DNA of 64,000 nucleotides from Mobula hypostoma (taxonomy: Eukaryota), in NCBI RefSeq assembly GCF_963921235.1, contig NC_086109.1, positions 2,296,001-2,360,000 on the forward strand, in the 5' to 3' direction. The first letter of the stretch is position 1. The number at the start of each line of letters is the position of its first letter. Below the pieces are notes generated by a model. The model was not told the DNA's origin. It did not search any database and saw nothing but the letters and a program-made list of their open reading frames with translations. Below, in pieces: positions 23,522 to 35,544 of this stretch. Made by a program: the position numbers and the translations under genes.

Positions 23522-24456
23522 TAAACATAGCAGCAATTGTGATCCTATCACGGGGAAAGTGCGGCCTCGCCACGCGCACCACTCGTTACCTGGTGGCCAT
23601 GGCAGCGGCGGATCTACTGGTCATTGTGACTGAGGTCATTATGTGTCAAATGAAATATCATTACTTTCGGGGGAGTTTCCTGGATCTCTCCCCGATGTGC
23701 AGCGTTACCGAGATAATCAAGTACGCAGCCACAGACTGTTCTGTCTGGTTCACAGTCGCTTTCACCTTTGATCGGTTCGTTGCCATTTGTTGCCAGAATT
23801 TGAAAACAAAATATTGCACCGAGAAAAATGCGACTGTTGTCATAACAACAACCGGGGCCCTGTTCTGTCTGAAAAATGTACCCCGTTATTTCACACAAGA
23901 ACCTGGAGAAATCATCAACAATGTGCCGTGGGGCTGTGTATACATGGACAGCTATTTCACTGACCCCGGGTGGGTGGGATTTGATTGGTTCGATACGGTT
24001 TTAACTCCGCTCCTCCCTTTCGCCATAATTCTGCTGCTTAACGTTCTGACGGTCAGGCACGTTTTAGTGGGCAGTCGGGTGCGTAGGATGCTGATAGGTC
24101 AAAGCAAGAGGGAGAACTGCAGTGACCCGGAGATGCAGAGCAGGAGGAGGTCTGCGGTCCTGCTCTACACCCTCTCTGGCAGCTTCATCCTCCTGTGGAT
24201 GACGTACGTTGTAGAATTCATCTATTATCAGTTGACAGGAACAGGAACAGACTACAATCATTCGGAGTGGATCTTGGACAATATCGGACTTTTGCTGAGG
24301 AATACCAGTTGTTGCACTAACACATTTATTTACGCGGTGACTCAGTCCAAGTTCAGGGAGCAGGTGAAGGGCGCAGTGAAATATCCGTTCACCTCAGTAC
24401 TTCAGTTCATTAATAAAGCCGTTCACACGTTTCTGGTATATACGAAAACACCCTAA
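23522..24456 (+). CDS. GPR139/GPR142-like class A GPCR gene B, coding exon 2
   Basis: Acceptor ttctctcctttcAG (23520-23521), 935 nt. LSRGKCGL..YLVAMAAADL, FTFDRF, TPLLP, CTNTFIY. Spliced product 333 aa. Confidence 0.93.
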
Positions 24457-24689
24457 CACCGTTCCCCTTGAGTTTTCGCTCATGAAGAGTAAACACATTT
24501 GTCAACACCATCCCCTTGTTTATTGAAGTCTGATGTGATCAACATCTCCCATTAGCATTTCGCTATATACTGCTGTACACAGACAGTTCCTGTATCTCAC
24601 CTATCGCTAAGGGTTATTTAAGTATTTCTGCCAGGGCCCTTAAAGTTTTGCATCTGCCTCCCACAGCTTCCGAGGAAACAGTACCCTGA

Positions 24690-25535
24690 ACTGTATCCAA
24701 AGTGGTAAACCTATTGTAGAAGGGTGTATCCACAGGGATACTATGCATTGGCTATTTAACCCCTTTCCCCTTTCTGTCAGGCAGTTTCCTATATCCTGCA
24801 CCTTACGAGTTAACTACCTCTCTATATGTCCAATCTATCACCCTCCTCAGTCTCCGGAATGTTCATCCAGTTCCAGCTCTAACTGCTTAACGCGCAGCTG
24901 CAACGGGTGAAGTCGCCAGGGAAACTGGAGGGGTCCCTGCCTTCCTGCATCCCGCAAATAGAGCATTCATCTATCCTGCCTGGCAGCACTACTGTTCAAA
25001 TTGTGCAAGTATAAAGAAGGAAACAATACATGAACTGGACAAAAATCTACGTAAATCTTTGTCGCCTTCTCTCACTCAAGCCTCTCTTCGCTGGAGCCTC
25101 AAATAACCACTCTAACACACCATCAATGGCTGCTCCGATAAAGGCCGGTCGGCCTGCCTCGCCTTGCTTTTATTTGTTGTTGCGTATCAATCCCAATCGC
25201 CGATTATACGTTGTTGAAACGCCAAACTGCTTGTTCCTCCTGCAACCAAGCCTCACTGATGACTAGCATATAATGCCATCTTTTGATCCAAGCCCAGAGC
25301 TCATCAGCTTTTCATACAATACGTCCTGCATTTAAATATCAACAATTCAGAACAGCAGCCCCACCACGCTCAAACTTTTACTTCCTGAATTTCAGGACTT
25401 AACAATATCTGTCTCCACAGCCACTCTATTATCTATTCTCGCACCATGGCTCACATCCTCCCGCAATTCTAGTTTAAGCACTCCTCCATCCAGTGCAGTA
25501 CTGGCTAACCAACCTGCTGGGAGTAATGTTTCTGA
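24690..25535 (-). mobile_element. Old rearranged CR1 pieces: ORF1 region and ORF1/ORF2 junction with endonuclease start
   Basis: 24690-25080 resembles 52330-52750. 25270-25535 reads cttaaactag and then YLNAGRIV..KADELWAWI on minus. Confidence 0.65.
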
Positions 25536-25539
25536 TCAT

Positions 25540-26780
25540 TTGTGTACATCAGAAGACCATATCACAGGGTGTGGGTGCTATGGGCTGTATTTAAACATCA
25601 TACACAAGAGCACAGGGCAGGCGGTGTTGCAAGTTACGTATACATATTAGATGGCAGTACACAAGGAATATCATTGGTTCTCTGTCAAAATTACATAGGG
25701 GACTGTGTTGGCAGGTGTGTGCAGTCATAGTCATACTCATACTTTATTGATCCCGGGGGAAATTGTTTTTCGTTACAGTTGCATCATAAATAATAAATAG
25801 TAATAGAACCATAAATAGTTAAATAGTAATATGTAAATTATGCCAGGAAATAAGTCCAGGACCAACCTATTGGCTCAGGGTGTCTGACCCTCCAAGGGAG
25901 GAGTTGTAAAGTTTGATGGCCACAGGCAGGAATGACTTCCTATGACGCTCTGTGCTGCATCTCGGTGGAATGAGTCTCTGGCTGAATGTACTCCTGTGCC
26001 CAACCAGTACGTTATGTAGTGGATGGGAGACATTGTCCAAGATGGCATGCAACTTAGACAGCATCCTCACTTCAGACACCACCGTCAGAGAGTCCAGTTC
26101 CATCCCCACAACATCACTGGTCTTACGAATGAGTTTGGTGATTCTGTTGGTGTCTGCTATCCTCAGCCTGCTGCCCCAGCACACAACAGCAAACATGATA
26201 GTACTGGCCACTGCAGACTCGTAGAACATTCTCAGCAATTCTACACAATAGGCACAAGTACACAGGGAGTAGTTTTGGGAGGTGTGTGCGCACACTAGAC
26301 AGGTGCACAGGGGACGGTATTGTTGGGAGGTTTTTGTATAGACCAGATACCAATACACAGGGGATGATTATGGGAGGTGTGTATACCCAACAAAGATCAG
26401 TACACGGCGTGGGGGGGGGGGGTGGTAGGGGTGGGTTGTTGTTTATTGCTGTGTGTACACACCAGACACCAGCACAAAGGAGTTGGTGCTACGAATGGTG
26501 CACACAGCCTTCACCAGTACACTGGGGATGTTCTTGGCCAATGGGTACAGAGCAGCCAACATTACACAGCGGACAACGTTGTGAGCTATGTGTGGTCATC
26601 GGATACCAGCACACACGGGAACTGTTTGAAAGTGTGTGTAAGCACCTGCAACCGGTACCAAATAGTTGTAGGGGGATACCAGACCAGTGCACAGGGAGCG
26701 GTGTTGGGGGGTTTGTGTACAGACCAGTTACTAGTACATTCGGGATTGTGATGGGAGGCGTGTGTAGACATTAGGCATGA
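25540..26780. repeat. Degenerate minisatellite (about 40-bp units), interrupted by a Rex1 insertion
   Basis: Recurring gtgtgtacac-accag..ccagtacacagggg motifs on both sides of 25728-26232. Confidence 0.55.
25728..26232 (-). mobile_element. Rex1/Babar-clade LINE 3' end
   Basis: LLRMFYESAVASTIMFAVVCWGS..SHPLH..RHRKSFLPVAIKLYN, with a short (gagtat/gactat) tail. Confidence 0.85.
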
Positions 26781-27382
26781 GAACTCAAAGGTCGGTCTTC
26801 AAGTGTGTGTTAACGTGGAGAACGGGCGATTGGTCCAATAAAGGACTGTGTAAGATGAAAACTTTTTTTTGCTCTGGGTACAGTGAGAGTGGAATGGAAG
26901 TCTTGCCTTTCTTCGGTGTCAGTTATGATTCTTCAGTGTCAGTATCGATCAGTGACAATTAAGAAGGTATTTCAACTCTGAGTCTCCGGGTCACGGGGAG
27001 GCGGAGATTTACTTCCATCTCTTGGAATCGGAGGGAGGGGGATTTCATCACTGTCCGCATATTCCCAGTGAGGGAGAAAGGAAGATGTCTTATTACTTTA
27101 GAAAGTTCACCGGAGTGTAAAGAAGAAACAGAACCTTTGGAGATCTGCATAGTTGCAGTGGACAAATGCACTTGCTCAGTACAAAGTACACAGCACTAAT
27201 GCGCATCCCTCCCAGGATAATAGACATGCAGCCCCTTCAACACTCCCGTTTCTCACTGTTCATCCTTATTTCCCTCAGTCACCGTACCACAGAGTCCTTC
27301 TATGGCTGCTTTTTGTGTTGCCTCTTTGTATAGAGGGCAACACAACCCTCTTTGTTGTGTTGCCCTCTATACATCTCATTTC

Positions 27383-27870
27383 ATGTAACCATATAACCAT
27401 ACAACAATTACAGCACGGAAACAGGCCATCTCGGTCCTTCTAGTCCATGCCGAACTCTTACTCTCACCTAGTCCCACTGACCTGTACTCAGCCCATAACC
27501 CTCCATTCCTCTCCTGTCCATATAGCTATCCAATTTAATTGTAAATGACAACATCAAACCTGCCTCAACCACTTTTGCTGGAAGCTCGTTCCACACAGCT
27601 ACCACTCTCTGAGTAAAGAAGTTCCCCCTCATGTTACCCCTAAACTTTCGCCCTTTAACTCTCAACTCTTGTCCTCTTGTTTGAATCTCCCCCACTCTCA
27701 ATGGAAAAAACCTATCCACGTCAACTCTATCTATCCCCCTCATAATTTTAAGTACCTCTATCAATTTCCCCCAGAGCCTTCTATGCTCCAAAGAATAAAG
27801 ACTCAACTTGTTCAACCTTTCTCTGTAACTTAGGAGATGAAACCCAGGTAACATTCTAGTAAATCTCATG
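27383..27870 (-). mobile_element. CR1 LINE 3' end
   Basis: RFTRMLPG..LYSLEHRRL..FFTQRVVAVWNELP, with a taacca tail. Confidence 0.92.
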
Positions 27871-27899
27871 TACTTATGGAAACCGCTCCTAATGCAAAT

Positions 27900-28610
27900 G
27901 AACTGGCTTCTGCTGCTTCCTCTGGTTGCTCATTCTACACTGGCGCCAACCTCAGTGTAACGTTGTTCCAACTCAGGTTCTTCTTAAATATTTCACCTTT
28001 CACCTTAACCTATAACTTCTAGTACTATTGTCAGCCAACCTCCCTAGAAAAAAAACCGGGCTTGTTGTAACCCTGATACTTTCATGTACTTCTCTCAAAT
28101 CTCATTTTTTTCTCTTACACTCAGCAAATAATATCCCAAACTATTCAAACTTTCCCTTTAACCAGTTTTCAAGTAAGTGCAACCAACCTGCACATTCTCT
28201 GTGCGAATAAAAACTTGATACATTTCCTGTCGGTAGATGACTAGAAATGTGCATATTGCTCCAAATTTGGTGTCACTAATGCCTTACACAACTTCAACAT
28301 AATATTCCAAGACCTGCAATCAATTTTTGGTTCCTGAAAGCAAATGTGACAAAAAACTATCTCTCCAGTCTGATTTAGACGCTTTTAAAGAATTATGGAT
28401 TTACATTTCCAAATCAATTTTCTCTACAGTGCTCCTCCGTGCTGTACAGTTCACTGTATACCATACCCTGGTTTGCTCTCGCAATGTGCAGCATTTCACA
28501 CTTCTCTGCCATTTTCAGCTGAGCCCTATCTTGCTGAAAGCATTGATAGCCCTCCTCGCTCATCTGTACACACCCATTCTTGGTGTCATCCAGAAGTTTG
28601 GCGATCCAGT
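27900..28610 (-). mobile_element. Old degraded CR1 fragment
   Basis: WIAKLLDDTK..EKCEMLH remnants; colinear with the CR1 3' half. Confidence 0.65.
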
Positions 28611-29799
28611 TATCGAAATCCTTCAACTAGATGAGAAATTACAATGGATACAGCGCGGATCCATGCAGCCCTCCAAAAGTCACACTCCTCCAGTCACAGA
28701 GGTAACCATCTACTACCACTCTTCAGATTCTTGCGCTAACCATTGTTGAGACTGACTTATTATGTTGTCATATTGTTGGTGACGGAGAAAGAAAAAAGAG
28801 CTTTCCTAGTCTCATCTTGGTTAGCTTATTTATGCTCAGTCAATAGGTACATTTAATGTCAGAGAAACATAAACAATATACATCCTGAAATTCTCTTTCT
28901 TCGCAAACATCCACAAAAACAGAAGAGTGCCCCAAAGAGTGAATGGCAGTTGTAAAGTTAGAATCCCAACGCCCTCCTGCTCCCCCTCCCACGCAAAAGC
29001 AGCAGCAAGGCAACGACCCCTCCCCATCAGCATAAAAGCATCATCACCCATCACTGAGCACTCAAGTGTGCAGCAAAGTATCAATAAAGACACAGACTTG
29101 CAGTACCCAAAAACTACTCGTTCACTCGGTCATTCACCATACCATAGAGTTTCTTATTCCGAATAAGGGAAAAAGAGGTGTCCCCGTTACACAGCGAGAG
29201 GGGAGACATAACAAACTATTTGCTTAGTTACGAAGTTAAAAGTCTGTTGCATTGCTTTTTCCTCACTATGCACCCAAAGAGTCGGCACCAAAACGGCGCA
29301 GCTCCCCGGACACACTGTCCCCGGCAGTTAACCCGCTGCTCCTGCTGTTCCATGTTCTCCCGCGACCCTTCAACCAGGGCACTGGCCTAGAATCAGCACG
29401 TCCCCAGAGCCACGAAAATCTGGAACGCTGAAGGCGCACTCGCCTTTTGGGCCACTTCCTTGGGATATCAAAATGCAACCGGTCATAAGATCCTGAGAGT
29501 GCGTCCAGCTATATTACAGAAATAAAACAATTTCCATTCCTTCTGTCAGATACGCACTGTCTTAGTCCATATACTAACAATCGGCTGGCCATCTGATGAC
29601 CTAGTGTTTCCTGACTACAGAAGTGTCCAGATCTAAAACTATCTGCGCGTGCTATCTACTAAAATTGTGCAGCAGGTATCAGACAGAACGAAAAGCTGTA
29701 GATCATTAGATCTAATATTTTTCTATTGCCAAAACTCATTCCATCATATGCCACACACTAGCCTATTTCCTGTTACATGGTAATACGCTAGCACGTGCA

Positions 29800-29843
<44 letters not shown>

Positions 29844-29886
29844 TGTTTCTGTGTTTGTATTTGTGTGTGTGTGTGTGAGAGAGAGG
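29800..29886. repeat. (GT)n/(GA)n microsatellite
   Basis: Directly visible. Confidence 0.95.
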
Positions 29887-31074
29887 AAAGAGGGACCAAG
29901 ACAGAAAGAGAAAGAGGATGAGAAAGTAAAACGGAGAATCACAAAGAGAAAGAGTAATTGATAAAGAAGAGGAAATCTTTGGTAGTTATAAGTGGTCTCT
30001 TTGAGATTGTTGCAGATGCCAAAAAGGATTGTAATTGAGACTACGATGGTTACTGTTTCTGTATTACTTAATTGAGGTAACAAGATAAAAGATAATAGCC
30101 AGTTTCAGAATGAGAAAACTTAGGTAACCTAACAATCTGTACAGGGGATGCAAATAGTTTCACATAGCTATTGATCGAATGGACTAAATGTGACCATACT
30201 GTAGGAAAATAAACTTCGCCAATGCCTGCTACTGATGGCGAGGCTTTACCTGCCCTGTACCATTAGACATATCCCCAACCAGTTAACTCAAGAGAAAACT
30301 GAGCTTCAGACCAGGATAGTAGTCTTCAAGGAAAGACTGAAACCTGTGACACACAGTGCAAGCACTGTTCCTGTAAGATGCCCGGGTATGCCGCCACACA
30401 GTAACTTCAATGCTCCCGCTCACCTAGCATCTGTTGGTGCAAAGCTGGAATTTTCTTTTATGCAATGATAATACAATTTTGAAGTCTCAGTTATAATTGT
30501 GAAATGTAATGTAATTATTTGTGTTAATGAATGTAATCCATTCATTTTCTAATTAATAAACATACTACAACCTTTACTTTGAAACAGTTCAGAGCTTCAA
30601 GTATTGACCTTGTCAGTGTTTCAAGTTAGAACACTGTTACAAATTGTAACAACAAACATAGAATGGAAGTTGGTTTCTCATTAATAAAACCCTTAGCCTG
30701 CTGAATGCCAACGCCGTTTAAACACTTAAGGAATGTAAAGGATTTTTTTGTCGTACTGTATTTCATGATACACTCAATAAATAAATAAATAAATAAATAA
30801 TGAGATGTTTCGGTTTTCGTTCTAAGTATTCATAGTATGCATATTGCCAAAGGAATAAAAAAACACTTAAGTTGCCATGCAGTTTTCAGGGCGTGTAAAA
30901 ATTTTTCGCTCAGAACAATGGTTGGTCCGCAGCAGCTGCAAGTAAGATAATAGATGGAACACTGGAGATGTCTCCAAATGTGTCACTTACTGGGAATAGC
31001 AGTGACTGATCAGATAGATGCTTTATTCGACCTAACACTGAGACATTTTCCTATGATTATCTGAAAGCTGGGAG

Positions 31075-31815
31075 TGCAGAACTGGGCGGAGAAGTGGCAG
31101 ATGGAGTTCAACCCAGATAAGTGCAAGGTGATTTACTTCGGTAGGTCAAATTTGAAGACAGAATATAATATTAATGGTAAGACTCTTGGCGGTGTGGAGG
31201 ATCAGTAAGATCTTGGAGTCTGTGTCCATAGGCCACTCAAATCTGCTGCAAGTGTTGACAGTGTTGTTCAGAAAGCATATGGTGTAAAGTCCTTTATCAA
31301 CTGTGGGATTGAGTTCAAGAACCGTGAGGTAATGCTACAGCTATATAGGACCTTAGTGAGACCCCATTTGGAGTACTGTGTTCAGTTCTGGTCACCTCAC
31401 TACAAGAAGGATGTGGATTTCAAAGAGGATTTACTGAGGAGATTTACAAGGATTTTGTCTGGATTGGAGAGCATGCCTTATGAGAATAGGTTGAGCCTTT
31501 TCTCCTTGGAGTGACAGAGGATAAGAGGTGATTTCATAGAGGTGTACAAGATAATGAGAGACATTGATCGTGTACAGAGGAGATGTCAGGGATAAGATTT
31601 TTACACAGAGTGGTGAGTGCATAGAATGGGCTGCCAGCGACAGTGGTGGAGGTGGATACAATAGGGTCTTTTATGAGACACCTGGACAGGTACATGGAGT
31701 TCAGAAAAATAGGGGACTATGGGTAACCCTAGGTGTTTTCTCAGAGAAGGACATGGTCGGCACAGCTTTGTGGGCCGAAGGGCCTGTATTGCTCTGTAGG
31801 TTTTCTATGTTTCTA
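31075..31815 (+). mobile_element. CR1 LINE 3' portion with stops
   Basis: [29 protein letters not shown] and an ttctatg tail. Confidence 0.9.
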
Positions 31816-32631
31816 AAGTATTTTTAACCCTTTGATGAAGCCATGGTACAGACTGGGAAAATTAAACTTTCATGTAGCAAATTAAACAGATCTACAGAGA
31901 ACCACCAAGCTTAGCGATGAAAGAAACCTGTCTATGCTGTCTTGATCTGTAAAATTGAGAATATATCCTAAAAATTGTTAAAGATGAAACACTGTGAACA
32001 AGATTTGAAAAAGTTCCTTCTCTAGGTTTCAAGGTTTCCCAAGGACTTTTCTCTCTGTCCCCAGGGTTTTCTTTATCCCATCGTTTCCAAGGCTTATTCA
32101 ATGTGTTTGGTGTTTCACAATGTCCTCCCATCTCAAGGACTCACAAGCCTCCCTCTCGACCCTGCCTGAGGTTTCTTGATCTCAGCCTGCTGGGGCTCCC
32201 AGGTCTCAGGCTCTCTGGATCCCCAATCTCCCTGTCTCTCGAATACCCCATGCCTCTCTCTCAAGTTCTACAAGTCTCTCGAGTCATTCCGAATCTCAGG
32301 TTTTCAGCTCTTCCTCTGCCATCAGGTGCCAGCTATATGGAGGGGGCTCCTGTAGTTAGTTCAGGCCTGTGCAGGGCATCAGAGCATTGGGCTCTGAGGT
32401 TTTTAGATCACCTGAATGGGTTAATTGTTGCTTAACAGCAGTTATTAATGGTTTCAGGTTTCCTTGTGTTTTTCTTGAGTGACTCGCTTTGTAATGCGAT
32501 TTCCTGGTGCTTTCTGTTTAAGTTTAAGTTTATTTTGATAGGCTCAAGGATTGTGTGTTAGTTTCATTGTTGAAGCAGATGCCTGATTAGCTCCAATAGG
32601 AGGGTCATAATGATAACAATTTTTCTCACAG

Positions 32632-33120
32632 TGTCACTTGGTCGAGCTACCTCTGTATAAACTCTTGTTTGTGTCTCTACATGGAAGTCTTTGGCTTCGA
32701 CATTGGCAGTGTACACCACGGCACCTATCTACCAGCATCACCTTGGACAAGACCCTTACCTGGGACCTCCAGCAGACACAGGCCTGTGGCAGCTGAGGGG
32801 CTGCGCCTAGAAAGCGGGGCCCTGTCACAACCAAGGATTCAGCAGCGCAGCAGATACGGCGATTGCACTCGTGAATATGCGCGTGTCATCTAATTATTAT
32901 TTCATTTAGATAGTATTTAATTGCATTCATTCCATCATGGTTTTTGTCGCGACTTGAAGCCAGGACACAGCAATGCTTCGCTGCCTGTTAACGGTCCTGT
33001 TTGGCCTAGCGTTTATTGTTTTCTTTTCCCTTTAACATTGTTCACATTAAAGTCTGTGAACTATTGATCTGCTTCAGTATCTCTCACTCCACACTTGGGC
33101 CATATCTGAACCTGGTGACA
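32632..33120 (+). mobile_element. Possible solo LTR
   Basis: TGTCAC...GTGACA inverted termini and ATTAAA near the 3' end. No TSD, so the left boundary is uncertain. Confidence 0.4.
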
Positions 33121-33394
33121 AGCCTTTTTATTTGGCATAATGGGCATGCAAGTAGAAGCATGTGCAGTGAGTCTGTGTGGAAGGACAGGCGGATGATAAG
33201 ATAGAATTACAATAGATGGGAAGAGTTAAAGTGCAATAGGGAGGCAAAATCAAAAAGTATGATGAACACTGGACTCAAGGTGTTAGGTTTCGATCCAAGT
33301 ATACTGAACAATGCAAATCATCTTGTAGCACAGTTGCAGATCAGCAGCTGTGAAGATCTGGCAATCCCCAAGTTGTGGTTAAAAGAATATAAGA

Positions 33395-35535
33395 CCAAAA
33401 TAAATAGAAGCAGAACTAGGCCATTTGACCCTTTGAGTCTGCTCTGCTATTTCACCATGACTGATCCAATTTTCCTGTCATCTCCAAGCTCCTGACACCA
33501 TCTGAGTCCCTTCATGCCCTAACCAATTAAGAATCTATCAGCCTCTGTCTTAAATATACATGTAAGGGGTTTCTTCTTTTATGTTACTGCGTAGTCTAAT
33601 TAAGATGGCTTCTTTGTTATGTTATAATTGAAATGGCTTCTTTGTTATGTTAACTGCTGAGAAAGTCCTCCCGCTAGAAGTTTATTTAGATTATTTTACT
33701 GATGAGAGGGTGAACAAACCAATTAGGATGGATGTTATGCTTGCTGTGTTCCTGTAAGTTAGTGTGATGCGCGGGTTTTGGGGGAGAAGGCGGGACAGAG
33801 AGAGACAGAGGATGGACCAGGTGCTGTGAGTCCGCTAATGGGGTCAGAACCCGAGCAGGATTCCGAGGTCCAGGGTGTTTGGCGAGGAGAGGAGACGGAG
33901 ACAGACTCATGTGGAGTGTCTGATCGACTACCGTTGTTGGTCCCAGGCGGCAGGTCGAGGTGGTCCAAGGGGATCACAGGGTGAAGAAGAAGGGTCCTGA
34001 GCTCTAACTGTTTGTGCACGAAGAGATTGAACTTTGATAAGTGTGGCTCCTTTTATTTTCCTTTTATATTTTATTCTCTATTAATTATATAGCTCCAGTA
34101 AAATCTATAAACTGTAAATCATTTAATCATATCTGGTGTATTGTCTATTATTTGTGCATCCACACACACTATTACCCAGTTTAGCAGGGCCGAGCTGTTT
34201 CCCTAGATGACAGTGGGCTGAGCGACCCTGAGGCTGGCCAGGGGGCCTACATGCATAAGGACAGAGGCCTCAGCAGCTGCCTGTGCCAAAGAATTCCACA
34301 GATTCACCCCTCTGTGGCCAAAGACAATCCTCTTCATCTCCATTACAAAAGGATGCCCCTCTGTTCTGAGAACGTGTCCGCTGGTCATAGACTCTCCCAC
34401 CAAAGGAGGCATCCTCTCCACGTTGACCCTATCAAGGCGTTTCACCATACATTAGGTTTCAATGATGTTATCATTCATTCTTTCCAAATCTATTGAATAC
34501 AGGCCCAGATCCATAGAACTCTCTTCATATGACAAGCCAATCAATCCCGGATTCATTTTTGTGAACCTCCTTTGAAACCTCTCCACTTTCAGCACATCCT
34601 TTCTATGATAAGGGGACAAAACTGCCCACATTACTCCAAGTGAGGCCTCACCAGTGCTTTATAATATCTCAGCATTTCATCCTTGCTTTTATATTATGCT
34701 ATAGTCTTATATGCTAGTCCTCTTCAAATGAATTTCGACGTCGGATATGCTTTCCTCACCACTGATTCAACCTAAAAATTAATCATTTGGGAATGCTGCA
34801 TTAGGAACAGCTAATGTTCTTAGATTTGCATCTTAGATTTTTGTATTTTCCCTCCATTAAGAAATTAGTGAACCCCTTCATTCCGTCTACCAAAGTGCAT
34901 GACCATACACTTACTGACACTGTATTCCACCTGCCAGTTCTTTGCCCATTCTCTTCATCTGCTCAAAACTACCTATCATCATATCACCTGCAAACATTAC
35001 AACAAAGCCGTCAATTTCATCATTCTAATCTTTGACATATAACATAAAAAGAACCGATCCCAACACAGACCCCTGATAAACACCACTGGTCATCGGCAGC
35101 CAACCAGAAGAGCCTCCCCTATTCCCGTTCATTGCCTCCCGCCAATTAGTCACTGCTTTATCCATGCTAGAATCTTTTCTGTAATGCAAAGGACTCATGG
35201 CCTCATGTGTGACACCTTGTGGAAGACTTTCTGAAAATCCAAGTCCACAACATCAACCGATTCTCCTTTATCTATCCTGCTTGTTATTTCTGCAAAGAAT
35301 TCCAACAGATTTGTTAGGCAAGATTTTCTCTTGGGAGAGCCTTGCTGACTATGGCCTAATTTATCATGTGCCTCCAAGTGCCCAAGAACCTCATCCTTAA
35401 TAATCTACTCCAACATCTTCCCAACTACTGTGTTCAGACTAACTGGCCTATAATTTCCTTTCTTCTGCTTCTCCCCCTTCTTGAAAAGTGGAGTGACATA
35501 TGCAATTTTTCAGACTTCCAGAACGATTCCAGAAA
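33395..35535 (-). mobile_element. Degraded CR1, interrupted by a solo LTR
   Basis: SCLTNLLEFF..DFQKVF (35195..35377) through to the 3'UTR; continuous across 33561-34251. Confidence 0.85.
33561..34251 (+). mobile_element. Solo LTR, 691 bp
   Basis: TGTA...TACA termini. Flanks taca/tgca give a 4-bp TSD with one mismatch, and removal restores the CR1 text aaatataca-taaggac. Strand is tentative. Confidence 0.75.
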
Positions 35536-35544
35536 ATAACACTA

